DNA from: a virus
Taxonomy: Duplodnaviria; Caudoviricetes
DNA: 43,842 nucleotides
Virus record (IMG/VR): IMGVR_UViG_3300037422_000119
Span: 1-43,842 of that record
Direction: 5' to 3' (one strand)
In this document: positions 25,753 to 35,446 of the stretch, piece after piece
Numbering within the stretch: the stretch's first letter is position 1
How the letters are laid out: each line of letters starts with the position of its first letter
The notes under the pieces: generated by a model
What the model was told of the DNA's origin: nothing
The model's database searches: none
What the model saw: only the letters and a program-made list of their open reading frames with translations
Translations under genes and position numbers: made by a program

Positions 25753-28272
25753 ATGATTGGATTCAAGTTTCATGCGGCATGGTATGTCGTCGCGGCATCC
25801 GTTTCGACGCAGGAGGCTACGCCGTCTGCGTTGACGATTGCCGCGACGGTCGGCGCGCCGACGAATCAAGTCACGGCTGCGCCCGCCGCTCTGTCGCGTC
25901 CGCTGACCATCCCGGCTGCTTCTCTCGTAACGGTCGTCAGCGTCGAGCCAGCCGCGAACACGATCACGCTTGCGATCCCGACTCCGACGAATGCAATGGA
26001 AAGTCGGGTCTCGGTCGCCACGGCGATTGTCGGTGCAGTTCCGGTCCCGGCGATAGAACGCGGCATAGTTGAAAAAACGCCGGCCGCTGTTCCCGTTTCC
26101 ATATCGCAACCGGCGATCGCGCTTGAAGCCGGCATAGCAACAAAAGAGCCGGCCGCGCTTCTGCTTTCGGAGTCCATCCCCGCGCCATTCGTTTGGACAG
26201 AAACGGCCAGCGTTCAGGCGGTGGCCGCGATCGTTTCGGCCCCGACTTCTAGTGTTGAGCGGGGAATAGTCGAGATGACGCCCGGTGCCGTGGCGGTCGC
26301 GCCATCGGTACCGGAGCCATACATAGATGCCGGGCAACAGACGGCCATGCCGGGGGCCGCGTTACTGTCAGGCTCCATCGGTTCTTCGACGCTGGAACTC
26401 GGAACGATCGATTGCGCCGTGCTGGCCGTATCGAGCGCGTTATCGGCTCCCGTCGTGATCGTCGAGCTACAGGGGCTCGAAGTAAATCCTGCCGCGCTTG
26501 CGCAGGCCTTGGCATTGCCCAATGCGCTAATCGAGGTTTATGCAAACCCCGGCGGCGTTGGGCTTTCAGCCGCCGTTTCGCCGCCGTCTCTTGTGACTGG
26601 TGGCGTTGAACTCACTTCAGGCGCAGTACCGCCGACGATTGCAGTACCAGCGCAGGCGATCGAGGTCGGCGGAATAGAAACGACTCCGGCTGCCGTAGCC
26701 GTGCTCGGCGGTACGCCAACGCCTGCGCTGCAAGCCGTGGTCGAGATCGTAGTCGATGCCGCGACGCTTGTTTTGAGTGCTCCAGCAATCACGGGCGATC
26801 AAACCGTTGACGCCGGTTTCTCGGCAACGATAGCGGTCCAGACTCCGACAATCGAAGTCGGTGTCGTCGTCATCAATGCCGGCTTCGCGCTGTCTTTGTC
26901 ATTGCCGGCCGGGACCAATGAGGCCACGAATACGGTCGCCGCGATTGTTGTGACCGCGAGCGCGCCGGAGCCGTACCTTCAGCCGGCACTTATAGCGACC
27001 CCTGTCGTCATTCAGTGCGTTGCATCCATCGGAGCAGCGAGCCTCGAAACCGGCGTCGCGACGATCGGGCCATCGGCAATCACAGCGAACTTTTCGTTGC
27101 CCGATCCGTCCACGAGTGGCTTCGATGTCGTGACCCCATCGGGAGTCAGCCTCACGTTATCCGTTCCAGACCCCGAGCCGGGCTCGGTGGTCTTGGAGCC
27201 AGCGGCGGTTCCCGCATCAGCGGCTGTCCTCGCGCCCGCCCTTGAGCAGTGGGCGATTCCGGCCGGGGTTCTCATGTCGGCCTCCGTCCCGGCCGCGATC
27301 AACGAAATAGGGGCACTAGCGGCGGTCGTGGGGGCCGCTGCGACGGCCCCGACTCCGACCGCAGAACTCGGGCAGGCGACCTTGGCCCCGACCGCCTTGG
27401 CCTTGGTCTTGACCGTCACGATTCCGATCGTCGAGCGCGAGGGGGCGGAAGCGGCCCCGACTGCCGTCGGACTCTTGTGGGCAAACCCGGTCCCGGTTAT
27501 CGAGGCGAACTTTGAGATCGAGCCCGCCTCATCGGTTCTATCGGCCTCGCCCGGAACTCCGACGACCGGACTCGGCGATGGGTTCGTCGGACCAGCCGCA
27601 ATCATCATCTCCCTTGAGCCCCGGCCAGCGATCGTGGCAAACCCGAGCAGCGCCGTTTCTACGACGCTCGTCCTATTGCGTGCGAGCACCGCATCGTTAC
27701 GCGACCAGAACGCCGCAACGTTGATAACCGTCACGAGCACAGACCCATCGGGCACGCTCATCATAAGCGCGCCATCGCTCGATGATTCCACCGATCTTGG
27801 CACGGTCGATTTCGTTCGCATCTTTGCGCTCGGCCGCAAGGTGCCGGGCGCGGGATCGTGCGCCACAGCATCATTTACGCGCGTACGCTGGACGACACCG
27901 CAGGGCTCGGACTCGTGGTCCATGGCGGGCGACCCGTTCCCGCTGTCAGCCAATGCGCAGGACTTCGCTTTGCTGGTAACACCGCCCATCGTTTTTCGGC
28001 CCGATGGTGCGCCGTGGAGGTGGTCCGACATCAACTCGCTTACTTCGCTCGGCGTCGAGCAGGACTTCGCACTCGGCGCAAGCGACTATTTCACGCTCGG
28101 GATTGCAGAACTCTGGGTCGAGGTTTCGGGCCTGCCGCCGGTCTCGTCGGGCTCGTTCGAGCGCATGCTTGGGCTCGACTTTTCGGCGGGCGTATTGGTC
28201 TCGGTGCCCGAGTACGACTCCATGGGCATCGATGACGGCTTCAAGCCGGTTGTCGTTACGATAGGGGGATGA
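25753..28272 (+). CDS. Tail fibre-like protein 1 (A/P/V/T-rich repeat shaft plus C-terminal globular domain)
   Basis: About 20-residue degenerate repeats (PAAV...VPxPxLE); C-domain with RPDGAPWRWSDINSL...IAELWVEVSG. Confidence 0.7.
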   Translation: MIGFKFHAAWYVVAASVSTQEATPSALTIAATVGAPTNQVTAAPAALSRPLTIPAASLVTVVSVEPAANTITLAIPTPTNAMESRVSVATAIVGAVPVPAIERGIVEKTPAAVPVSISQPAIALEAGIATKEPAALLLSESIPAPFVWTETASVQAVAAIVSAPTSSVERGIVEMTPGAVAVAPSVPEPYIDAGQQTAMPGAALLSGSIGSSTLELGTIDCAVLAVSSALSAPVVIVELQGLEVNPAALAQALALPNALIEVYANPGGVGLSAAVSPPSLVTGGVELTSGAVPPTIAVPAQAIEVGGIETTPAAVAVLGGTPTPALQAVVEIVVDAATLVLSAPAITGDQTVDAGFSATIAVQTPTIEVGVVVINAGFALSLSLPAGTNEATNTVAAIVVTASAPEPYLQPALIATPVVIQCVASIGAASLETGVATIGPSAITANFSLPDPSTSGFDVVTPSGVSLTLSVPDPEPGSVVLEPAAVPASAAVLAPALEQWAIPAGVLMSASVPAAINEIGALAAVVGAAATAPTPTAELGQATLAPTALALVLTVTIPIVEREGAEAAPTAVGLLWANPVPVIEANFEIEPASSVLSASPGTPTTGLGDGFVGPAAIIISLEPRPAIVANPSSAVSTTLVLLRASTASLRDQNAATLITVTSTDPSGTLIISAPSLDDSTDLGTVDFVRIFALGRKVPGAGSCATASFTRVRWTTPQGSDSWSMAGDPFPLSANAQDFALLVTPPIVFRPDGAPWRWSDINSLTSLGVEQDFALGASDYFTLGIAELWVEVSGLPPVSSGSFERMLGLDFSAGVLVSVPEYDSMGIDDGFKPVVVTIGG

Positions 28273-28273
28273 C

Positions 28274-28633
28274 GTGGCAAGTCTGCCAGAGTTTTTCACG
28301 GGCGACACGCGCAAGGCGCTGCGCGTCACAATCAAGTCGGCCGGCATTGTCGTAAATCTAACCGGCGGGTCGGTGCGCTTGTTCGCGAAAGGCGTCGATA
28401 GCAACGACAAGCCGACGAGCAATCCGGGCGAAAGCACGTGGAACGGAGTGTTGGGCGTGATCGTGGACGGTCCAAATGGAGTCGTTGATTTCCAGGGACT
28501 CGGTTCGATGCTGACCTTGGGAACCGGGCGAAGCGGGGACCGCTATCGCTGTCACGTTCGATTCACGGATGCAACGGCAAAGGTATCTGTTTCGCCTCAG
28601 TTCGTAATCATCGGTCGCAGGGGCCCGATATGA
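28274..28633 (+). CDS. BppU N-terminal-like adaptor protein (paralog 1)
   Basis: FTGDTRKALRVTI...NLTGGSVRL...IVDGPNGVV. Confidence 0.65.
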   Translation: MASLPEFFTGDTRKALRVTIKSAGIVVNLTGGSVRLFAKGVDSNDKPTSNPGESTWNGVLGVIVDGPNGVVDFQGLGSMLTLGTGRSGDRYRCHVRFTDATAKVSVSPQFVIIGRRGPI

Positions 28634-29070
28634 GCATTGTTTACCAGCGCGGCTGGCAGCATTTTGCCAAGGGCATCATCAAGTGGGATGCAAACCTTCG
28701 CGCCATCTTGGTCACGTCCGCCTATATTCCGAACCCGGATCACGACTATATCGGTGACCTTGCGCCGCACGAGGCGAGCGGGCGCGGCTGTCTTGGCGGC
28801 TTCGGCGGCTCAGGTCGCAAGTATCTGACCGGGGCTTCGATCATAGAGGCCAGCGCGTTCGTTCCAACGCGGCTCTGCGGTCCCACGCTGACGTGGCCAG
28901 GGATCAATGCCGGAACTATTGGCGGCATTGTGATTGCGCGCGAGTGGAGCAGTGATGCCGATAGCCCGCTAATCCTCTTTCTCGACACCGGCGGATATTT
29001 CCCGATCGTCACGAACGGCGGAACGCTCACGGTATCATTCACGGACGAAACCTACGCCTGGGTGACTTGA
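28630..29070 (+). CDS. Minor tail structural protein (paralog B of 24054-24551)
   Basis: MSIV start, GGxGGSGRKxL, GIxAGTI, FPIVTNGG shared with paralog A. Confidence 0.75.
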   Translation: MSIVYQRGWQHFAKGIIKWDANLRAILVTSAYIPNPDHDYIGDLAPHEASGRGCLGGFGGSGRKYLTGASIIEASAFVPTRLCGPTLTWPGINAGTIGGIVIAREWSSDADSPLILFLDTGGYFPIVTNGGTLTVSFTDETYAWVT

Positions 29071-29071
29071 A

Positions 29072-32000
29072 ATGGCTGGCAGCAGCATCGTCTACGGAAA
29101 TCACTGGTCTAACACCCAAAGTTCAAATGCTTCGTCGCTGTCGGTAACGACTAGCGGGACATTCGACGGCGACACGACTGCGATTATCGCGCATTACGGT
29201 GCGGGCACGATCGCGTCGGTAACGATCGGTGGAGTTGCCTGCACAAGCGTGGGGAGCTATGGCGAACTTCGCATTTTCAAGTGCGGCCAGTTCAATACGG
29301 CCTTGTCATCCCCGCAAGTTGTTATTACCTACACAGGGACATCTTCGCAGTCAATCGCTTACGTTGTTCGCATCCAGTCGGCTGACGCGTCTATCACGCA
29401 AATCGCCTCCGGTACAGGCGAAAGCACAACGCCGAGTTCGGGCGCAACGGGCACGATCGAGCGAACCTGGTCGATGCTACTCGGATTCATTGGCACCGAA
29501 GGACCTTCGACCGATGCGGCAGGAACGTGGAGTAACAGCTTCACGGATCGACTGCGCACGGGTTCGGCCGGGCTCACGCTGTCCGTGGGTTCGAGATATC
29601 TCTATCGATCAACGACGCCATCTGCGGCAGCAAAGACGGGCATAGAAGAACGGGTGTGGGTCGCCATGGTGGTCGTTATTCGACCCCGACACACGCTTAG
29701 CCAAACGCTCTATCCGGCATCCGGGCGCACCGAAACATTTCAGACAACATACGGAACTCACGCTACGACGGTTGCCGCGACCGTCGCTCAAATGAAAGAC
29801 GGCTCGGACTCCACATTTGATGCAACCTCCCTGATCGACGACGAGATAAATGGTGGCATTAGCGACGTTTTCGTGCGCTGGACGATGGACCCTTGCACGG
29901 TGCTCGGAACTATAGATTTGGTGAACCTGGACATAAGAGCGAAGCGCGTTGACCAGTCGGCCGGCCCGCACACATTCAACGTTGCCGGTTGTTACGATAC
30001 AACGCAGTGGGGGTCGTATACCGCCATTTCAACAAGTTGGGGGGCTCCCTACTTTGGCGGCGCGTCGGTTGCAAAAGACACCATCAATAGCCGCAAGTGG
30101 GGCTATCGCGCCGAACTCTTGATCAACGGCCTTGGCGGTTACGAGGTCGAATCCTATGTTTCGGAGTTCAAGGTTGAAATCTATTCAGTGCCGAGCGTCG
30201 AAGTCACGCCTAGTGCCGTAACGATTGCAGCCTCAACGGCAACGCCCACATGCGAATATCACGAATGGGACATGGTGCGGACCCTCAAGGGGACCGCTTC
30301 GACAACCACGAATGCCACGAGCATCTCGGTTGCCGGCGTGAATGTTGCCGCAAGCAACGTTCTGCTCGTGGTCGTGGCGCATCATTCGGGCAGCATTAGC
30401 TCGGCAACTTGGGGCGGAACCAATCTAACCCTATTTTACGCCACAACGCGATGCGCTATTTATTGGGCGCGATCGAATGGCAAGACCGGCGACGTTGTCG
30501 CCAACCTCAGCGGCGCGCAAGTAGCTAACATGCGCGTCTACGAACTCGAAGGCGTAGAGGCAACCGCGCTCAATAATCCCGGAGACAATAAGAGCCTAGC
30601 GTCGGCCTACTTGAGCAGCGCAACGAACATCACAACGGCGACGACCGTTGCGCCCGACTTCGAGATGCGCCTGGTGTTCGGCTTTTTTGTTTTTGCCGGC
30701 GGATCATCGACCCCGGACCCACAACCAATCCTTAGTCCTGTAGACACCATCACTGGTGCCGGAATCGTTCGCGACAAAACTAACATCACGAACGGAACAG
30801 ACCACCTTAGCGTGGTCGAGGCGTTTGGCGCTGGTATCAACTCAAAAACCGTAACCGAAGGGCTTACCGGATCGTGGGCTTCGGCGCGTAATACAACGCT
30901 GGTCTTGCTCGTGCTCAAAAGCCGCGCAACCGTAACAAACTCAGTTCACGCAAACAATCCCTACACCAACTGGTGGGATGCTTTCTCCGGAGAAGTACTT
31001 GAAGTGACGGCACCGGGAACCGGACACATGCAAGACAACGTCGACACTACAAAGTCGGCGCTTCGCATCAATGCTTCCGAAGAAACCTGCGACGGGCGTG
31101 CGGGTGCTTTCTATACGTTGCCGGCTATTTCTCCGTCTACTGGCCGCATGGTGATGCTTCGTAGGTGGATGCAGTATCGCAAGGTTACGGTTGTATCTCC
31201 GGCCGCTTCGTTGACCATGGGCATTGGTCGCGGAACCGGTGTCGTGCTGTCTGGACATCAGCCGACAATAACTACCTCCTGGGTTTGGACAAGATGGACG
31301 CTGACGAAGATAGATGGGTCTCGCCTGGTCAACTCTGACCTGACGAGTCAAAAGTGGGGATGGATTGTCGGGAACCCGACCGCTTTTTCTCTAGCCTATC
31401 CCGGCGTTACCGATGTCGAGGTTGCAGAGAACCACAACTATGCTTATGTGATTCCGCAGATTGAAGCAACGCCGTCAGCGCTAACGCTTACGGCAACGCT
31501 CGGCACGCCTAGACTCGATCGCGAGCAGCGGGTATCGGCAGTGGCCGCCACGGCAACGCTCGGCACGCCTAGACTCGATCGCGAGCAGCGGGTATCGGCT
31601 GTCTCACTTTCGGGAGCGTCATCAACCCCGGCGTTGACCTATACGCAAGTCGCTCCGGCGGCAGCGTCAATCGTGGCGAGCGCGCCGGCACCAGCGATCA
31701 CTGCTCCGCATCACCTTGTCGCGCCGCCATCCGTCGCAATCTCGTTCCCAACACCGACAGTGGAAGTCGGGCAAGCGGCGGCTCAACAAGCTGCGCTATC
31801 GCTGTCGATGAAACCGGGATGGCCCTCGGTGGGCACCGGTACGTTTGTCGCGCCCGTCGCACTGACCATAGCTTTTTCGCACGTCTCGATTGGGTCCGTG
31901 ATGATCACGAACCCCGGCGCGATGTCGCTTTTGAGCGATGCGACGGGCGTGCGTTTGTATCCAATCGAAGCCCCGGTCAACTCGATCTATTACGACGGTA

Positions 32001-32671
32001 CCAGTCTCGGTGATGGCGACATTCTTTCCGGTGCTCATCAGGTGACAATCCTCGACGGCTTTGCTTCAGGGCAAACATGGAAAGTATACGAGACAATGGT
32101 TGCCATTGAAGACATGGCCGAAAATCCTGTTACCATCACGAGCATTGAAGTCACGCTGGCGATTATGTTCGCGACCGATGCCGTGTCGCCCGCGACCTAC
32201 CCGACCTTTGTTGGCGATACTCATGTAGTGATCTACCTCGACGGGTTCGAGTCGATACATCAGATTTCGATGCCAGCAAAGGTTTCGTTTTTCAGCGAGA
32301 CTCAGGGTTATGATGCAAATCGCTTTGCGCCCAATCCGCCTCCGATGCTAGACGGCAACATCATACGCACTACGGGGCAGATTTTGACGCAGCCGAACGG
32401 TTTGCCATGGACGCGTGAGGCGGTGAATCGAATGGTGATCGGGGTTCGCCAGTACGCGCTCGGCAACTCGGGTGGGCCGCAGTTCGGGCGCGTGCTCAAG
32501 CAATACATTGCCGAAGCGTGGATCGACGTGGCGGGCGTAATCGAAAACGACCCGGCTAGCGAGGAAATCGTATTTGCGGAAGCCGAGGCTCGTGAAACTA
32601 GCGGCACTGTTTTGATTGACGACACCGACCGACCGACCGTGACGGCTGTGGTCGGCGAGGAGTTTTCCTAA
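29072..32671 (+). CDS. Tail fibre-like protein 2 (multidomain, S/T-rich)
   Basis: Alternating beta-sandwich-like domains and shaft repeats (TPSAxTxxA); C-domain QPNGLPWTREAVNRM...IAEAWIDVAG homologous to fibre 1. Confidence 0.7.
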   Translation: MAGSSIVYGNHWSNTQSSNASSLSVTTSGTFDGDTTAIIAHYGAGTIASVTIGGVACTSVGSYGELRIFKCGQFNTALSSPQVVITYTGTSSQSIAYVVRIQSADASITQIASGTGESTTPSSGATGTIERTWSMLLGFIGTEGPSTDAAGTWSNSFTDRLRTGSAGLTLSVGSRYLYRSTTPSAAAKTGIEERVWVAMVVVIRPRHTLSQTLYPASGRTETFQTTYGTHATTVAATVAQMKDGSDSTFDATSLIDDEINGGISDVFVRWTMDPCTVLGTIDLVNLDIRAKRVDQSAGPHTFNVAGCYDTTQWGSYTAISTSWGAPYFGGASVAKDTINSRKWGYRAELLINGLGGYEVESYVSEFKVEIYSVPSVEVTPSAVTIAASTATPTCEYHEWDMVRTLKGTASTTTNATSISVAGVNVAASNVLLVVVAHHSGSISSATWGGTNLTLFYATTRCAIYWARSNGKTGDVVANLSGAQVANMRVYELEGVEATALNNPGDNKSLASAYLSSATNITTATTVAPDFEMRLVFGFFVFAGGSSTPDPQPILSPVDTITGAGIVRDKTNITNGTDHLSVVEAFGAGINSKTVTEGLTGSWASARNTTLVLLVLKSRATVTNSVHANNPYTNWWDAFSGEVLEVTAPGTGHMQDNVDTTKSALRINASEETCDGRAGAFYTLPAISPSTGRMVMLRRWMQYRKVTVVSPAASLTMGIGRGTGVVLSGHQPTITTSWVWTRWTLTKIDGSRLVNSDLTSQKWGWIVGNPTAFSLAYPGVTDVEVAENHNYAYVIPQIEATPSALTLTATLGTPRLDREQRVSAVAATATLGTPRLDREQRVSAVSLSGASSTPALTYTQVAPAAASIVASAPAPAITAPHHLVAPPSVAISFPTPTVEVGQAAAQQAALSLSMKPGWPSVGTGTFVAPVALTIAFSHVSIGSVMITNPGAMSLLSDATGVRLYPIEAPVNSIYYDGTSLGDGDILSGAHQVTILDGFASGQTWKVYETMVAIEDMAENPVTITSIEVTLAIMFATDAVSPATYPTFVGDTHVVIYLDGFESIHQISMPAKVSFFSETQGYDANRFAPNPPPMLDGNIIRTTGQILTQPNGLPWTREAVNRMVIGVRQYALGNSGGPQFGRVLKQYIAEAWIDVAGVIENDPASEEIVFAEAEARETSGTVLIDDTDRPTVTAVVGEEFS
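31490..31599 (+). repeat. Perfect 50-bp direct repeat with 60-bp period inside fibre 2
   Basis: ACGGCAACGCTCGGCACGCCTAGACTCGATCGCGAGCAGCGGGTATCGGC at 31490-31539 and 31550-31599. Confidence 0.95.
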
Positions 32672-33046
32672 ATGGCTGATCCGATCTTCTACACGGGCGA
32701 TAGCAAGAAAGCGCTACGCGCAATCATCACCGACGCTACCGGACTCAGACTCGACATCTCAGGGGCCACGTGCCGGCTGTTCGCAGAGGGCGCGTCGAAT
32801 ACCGATCGGCCGACGAGCGTGCCCGGCGAGCCGACATGGAACGGGGTGCTTGGCGTCATCGTTGACGGCCCGAATGGCACCGTGGACTTTTTGAGTATCG
32901 GCGCGCTTTGTGCGCTCACCGACTACGACGCGCAAGATTATTCATATCAGATCAAGATTGTTTACGGCGGATCGCCATCGCTCACGTCTTGGACGACCAA
33001 GCAAAAGTTCCAGGTTCAAAAGAACGTTTACGACTTGTCGATATAA
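32672..33046 (+). CDS. BppU N-terminal-like adaptor protein (paralog 2)
   Basis: TGDSKKALR...PTSxPGExTWNGVLGVIVDGPNG shared with 28274-28633. Confidence 0.7.
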   Translation: MADPIFYTGDSKKALRAIITDATGLRLDISGATCRLFAEGASNTDRPTSVPGEPTWNGVLGVIVDGPNGTVDFLSIGALCALTDYDAQDYSYQIKIVYGGSPSLTSWTTKQKFQVQKNVYDLSI

Positions 33047-33052
33047 AACAAG

Positions 33053-33550
33053 TTGAGGGGGTGGTGCAGGTTGTCACGCAAAACGCATATTGTTATTCAT
33101 CATTCGGCCACGAAAGACTCTGGTACCGCGTCGTGGGGAGCCATTTCCAGGTATCACGTAGATAGTAAGGGATGGCGTGACATTGGATATAACGCGGGGG
33201 TCGAGCTTATAGGGTCTGACTATTATGCGATGATTGGACGGCCGGAGCATGAGCAAGCTGCTGCGTGTAAGGAAGCCAATATGAACTCGATCGGTCTCCA
33301 TGTTTGCTGTGTTGGTGACTATGACGTGTATCCGCCGACGCTCGAAATGTTGCGCGTTCTGATCAAGCGCGTTTTGCATCCCTGGATGGATCGCTACGGC
33401 ATCGAACCGAAGAACGTCATCGGACACCGAGAGGCCGGACTAATGGATGGCTTTGACTACCGCAAGACGAACTTTGACGGCACGCGCCAGTACAAAACGT
33501 GCCCCGGGCTCGCTTGGGACATGGACGCTCTCCGTGGGATGCTCGATTGA
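33053..33550 (+). CDS. Endolysin, N-acetylmuramoyl-L-alanine amidase (Amidase_2-like)
   Basis: IVIHHSAT, GWRDIGYN, NSIG, VIGHRE, KTCPG; true start may be GTG 33064-region or TTG 33071. Confidence 0.9.
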   Translation: MRGWCRLSRKTHIVIHHSATKDSGTASWGAISRYHVDSKGWRDIGYNAGVELIGSDYYAMIGRPEHEQAAACKEANMNSIGLHVCCVGDYDVYPPTLEMLRVLIKRVLHPWMDRYGIEPKNVIGHREAGLMDGFDYRKTNFDGTRQYKTCPGLAWDMDALRGMLD

Positions 33551-33915
33551 AACGACGACCACCACGACGGCGTGCGCGACAAGGCGGGGCGGCCGAGTTC
33601 ATTGCAAGCGTGTTTGCCGCACTGGGTCCGGCGCGTATCGCAGGAATCGTAATCGCACTGCTCGGCGGTTGGGGACTCGTAGATACTCGCGCGATAACCG
33701 AGCGCGAGGTTGAGCGTGCGCGGGGCGATCGTGCCTACTTGCATGGTAGCACCATCGAAATGCAGCGGCAGATCGACAGCCTCAAGGCCATCATCGCCAA
33801 ATCGGGACGACGATCAGTTCGAGCGGAAACGGTGTTCGTTGTGCAGCTTAAACGTCAGGGCATCTTGAGTCGGATTGGCCAAGCCATCGCAGCACCGTTT
33901 CGAGGGGAACAATGA
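33547..33915 (+). CDS. Membrane protein with coiled-coil (lysis cassette)
   Basis: TTGA overlap with amidase stop; basic N-terminus, hydrophobic helix, then heptad region. Confidence 0.6.
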   Translation: MKRRPPRRRARQGGAAEFIASVFAALGPARIAGIVIALLGGWGLVDTRAITEREVERARGDRAYLHGSTIEMQRQIDSLKAIIAKSGRRSVRAETVFVVQLKRQGILSRIGQAIAAPFRGEQ

Positions 33916-34292
33916 ACCCGCCGAACTTCGATCGCACCATCATGGATCGACTCATGCGCGCCTATGAAGAAGCGTCGCGTGCGGCGGGTGTCATGGCTAA
34001 CCTTACGACTCAAATCGAGGGTCGCTTGACTGGAATCGAGCACGACCATCAGCATATCGCCACGGTTCTAACGAAACTAGCCGATCAGGCCGAGTCCATG
34101 AGTCGCGACCGTGACCGCATCGTGTCAGTCGCAGTAACCGACATCAAAGATCACGTCAGCAGTGCCGTCGAGGACGGACTTCGCACGAGCGAGTTGTGGT
34201 GGCGGCGTGCTTTTTGGATCGGCGTCATCCTGGTGTCGCTTTCAAACGTGTTGGGCGTGGGGCTCGAAAAGTTGTTCGGCTTGCTCAAGTAG
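33912..34292 (+). CDS. Coiled-coil protein with C-terminal TM (holin-like)
   Basis: ATGA coupling; AFWIGVILVSLSNVLGVGL hydrophobic C-terminus. Confidence 0.6.
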   Translation: MNPPNFDRTIMDRLMRAYEEASRAAGVMANLTTQIEGRLTGIEHDHQHIATVLTKLADQAESMSRDRDRIVSVAVTDIKDHVSSAVEDGLRTSELWWRRAFWIGVILVSLSNVLGVGLEKLFGLLK

Positions 34293-34359
34293 TGGGGCCG
34301 AAATAAAAAGGTCGTGCGGCAATGCCGCCGCCCGGCCAGCCAAGAAAGGAGCAAAAGGC

Positions 34360-34764
34360 ATGCGTAAGTTCATGTTGTTCTCGGCCTTTTTCCTCATGGC
34401 CTGCGCGGGCATTGCGTTCGCGCAAGCGGCGGAGAAGTGGACGCCGGACTACATCAAGCAGTTGTTTGACGGATGGTCAATAACGATCATGTTCGCGTGG
34501 GGTCTCGTCCACAAATATTTGCCGCAACTCAAGAACATTCCCAACATTCTCATTCCGTGGGTGAACCTTGTCGGCTACGTGCTCGCGAAGTTCGTCGTGC
34601 CGGATGCAAACGCGGGTATCCTCGACGGCATTCCCGCTGCCGTCGGCGCGATCATCGGCGGATTCACGAATGCCTCTTGGGCGATGCTGCTCTATGAAGG
34701 TTGGGGTCGAGCACTCCTGGAACGATTGCTGAAGGTCAAGCCACCGAAACCCGTGACGGCTTGA
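34360..34764 (+). CDS. Multi-pass membrane protein (holin-like)
   Basis: AAGGAG SD; signal-like N-terminus, about 3 TM segments, KNIPNILIPWVN, basic C-terminus. Confidence 0.65.
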   Translation: MRKFMLFSAFFLMACAGIAFAQAAEKWTPDYIKQLFDGWSITIMFAWGLVHKYLPQLKNIPNILIPWVNLVGYVLAKFVVPDANAGILDGIPAAVGAIIGGFTNASWAMLLYEGWGRALLERLLKVKPPKPVTA

Positions 34765-34768
34765 GCGG

Positions 34769-34804
34769 GGGGCGGGGGACGGGGCGGGGGACGGGGCGGG
34801 GGAC
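34769..34804 (+). repeat. Tandem repeat 3 x GGGGCGGGGGAC (G-quadruplex-forming potential)
   Basis: Three exact 12-mers at 34769, 34781, 34793, followed by GGGAC. Confidence 0.9.
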
Positions 34805-34817
34805 GGGACAGAGGGCC

Positions 34818-34843
34818 GCCGGCCGGGGGACTTCCCGGCCGGC
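34818..34843. terminator. GC hairpin at convergence of late and early operons
   Basis: GCCGGCCGGG-GGACTT-CCCGGCCGGC perfect 10-bp stem; U tracts weak on both strands. Confidence 0.5.
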
Positions 34844-34855
34844 TTCCCATCGGAA

Positions 34856-35446
34856 TCAATCCAAGCGCTCGCGCTCAAAAACGATCCTTGCCGTGCCGTG
34901 CTCATCCATGCTCACGCGCATAAACGTCGAGCGATCAAGCCAGATTCCGTCCTCGTTTCTTGGCTGCAACATGCCCGTATAACAAACCTGAACCGTAATG
35001 CGTGCGAACGGATCAGCGGTTTGCACCGAGTGCGTGCCCACTGCGACCGAGGCTTTGATCGGCCATGATTGCTTCCAGCATGCCAAATAATGGCACCTCG
35101 CGAGATGCCAGCGCCGTTTTTCGATTGACGGTTTTGCTGCTGACGGTTTTGCTGCTTCTTCTACTCGCACCGCTCGTCTCAACCTGCGACCGACTGCACG
35201 CGTTAGCTGCCCCCGGAAGTTTTTCCCCACCATACTGACGTTGTTCAGCAAGATTGCCTTGCGAATGCACAGAAGAATCCTAAAGCATGCGGGCGGGTTT
35301 CCGTCCGCGTCATGAATAAACTGCATGGCCCGAATCTCGGCGCGAGTGTGACCAGTCAGACTAATGCGCCCACCGGGCCGCCATGCGATCTTGTGAACTT
35401 CGCCGCCGTCGCACGGCACGTCAATCCAGCGTGATCGTTTTTTCAT
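34856..35446 (-). CDS. Hypothetical basic protein
   Basis: ATG at 35446 overlapping vWA stop, GGAG SD; contains 2 x 15-bp tandem (AAKPS) at 35126-35155. Confidence 0.6.
   Translation of the reverse strand: MKKRSRWIDVPCDGGEVHKIAWRPGGRISLTGHTRAEIRAMQFIHDADGNPPACFRILLCIRKAILLNNVSMVGKNFRGQLTRAVGRRLRRAVRVEEAAKPSAAKPSIEKRRWHLARCHYLACWKQSWPIKASVAVGTHSVQTADPFARITVQVCYTGMLQPRNEDGIWLDRSTFMRVSMDEHGTARIVFERERLD

Noticed and set aside
27012-28034. Long antisense ORFs (e.g. 27012-28034, 583-1404, 8495-9226)
   Set aside because: Shadow frames typical of GC-rich coding DNA, with no motifs or SD
24054-33046. Diversity-generating retroelement or invertible fibre switch
   Set aside because: No reverse transcriptase or invertase, no adenine-variant repeat pair, and cassettes are in direct orientation
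34477-34905. Minus-strand ORF with PSPA repeats
   Set aside because: By-product of the G-rich repeat; overlaps a plausible plus-strand gene
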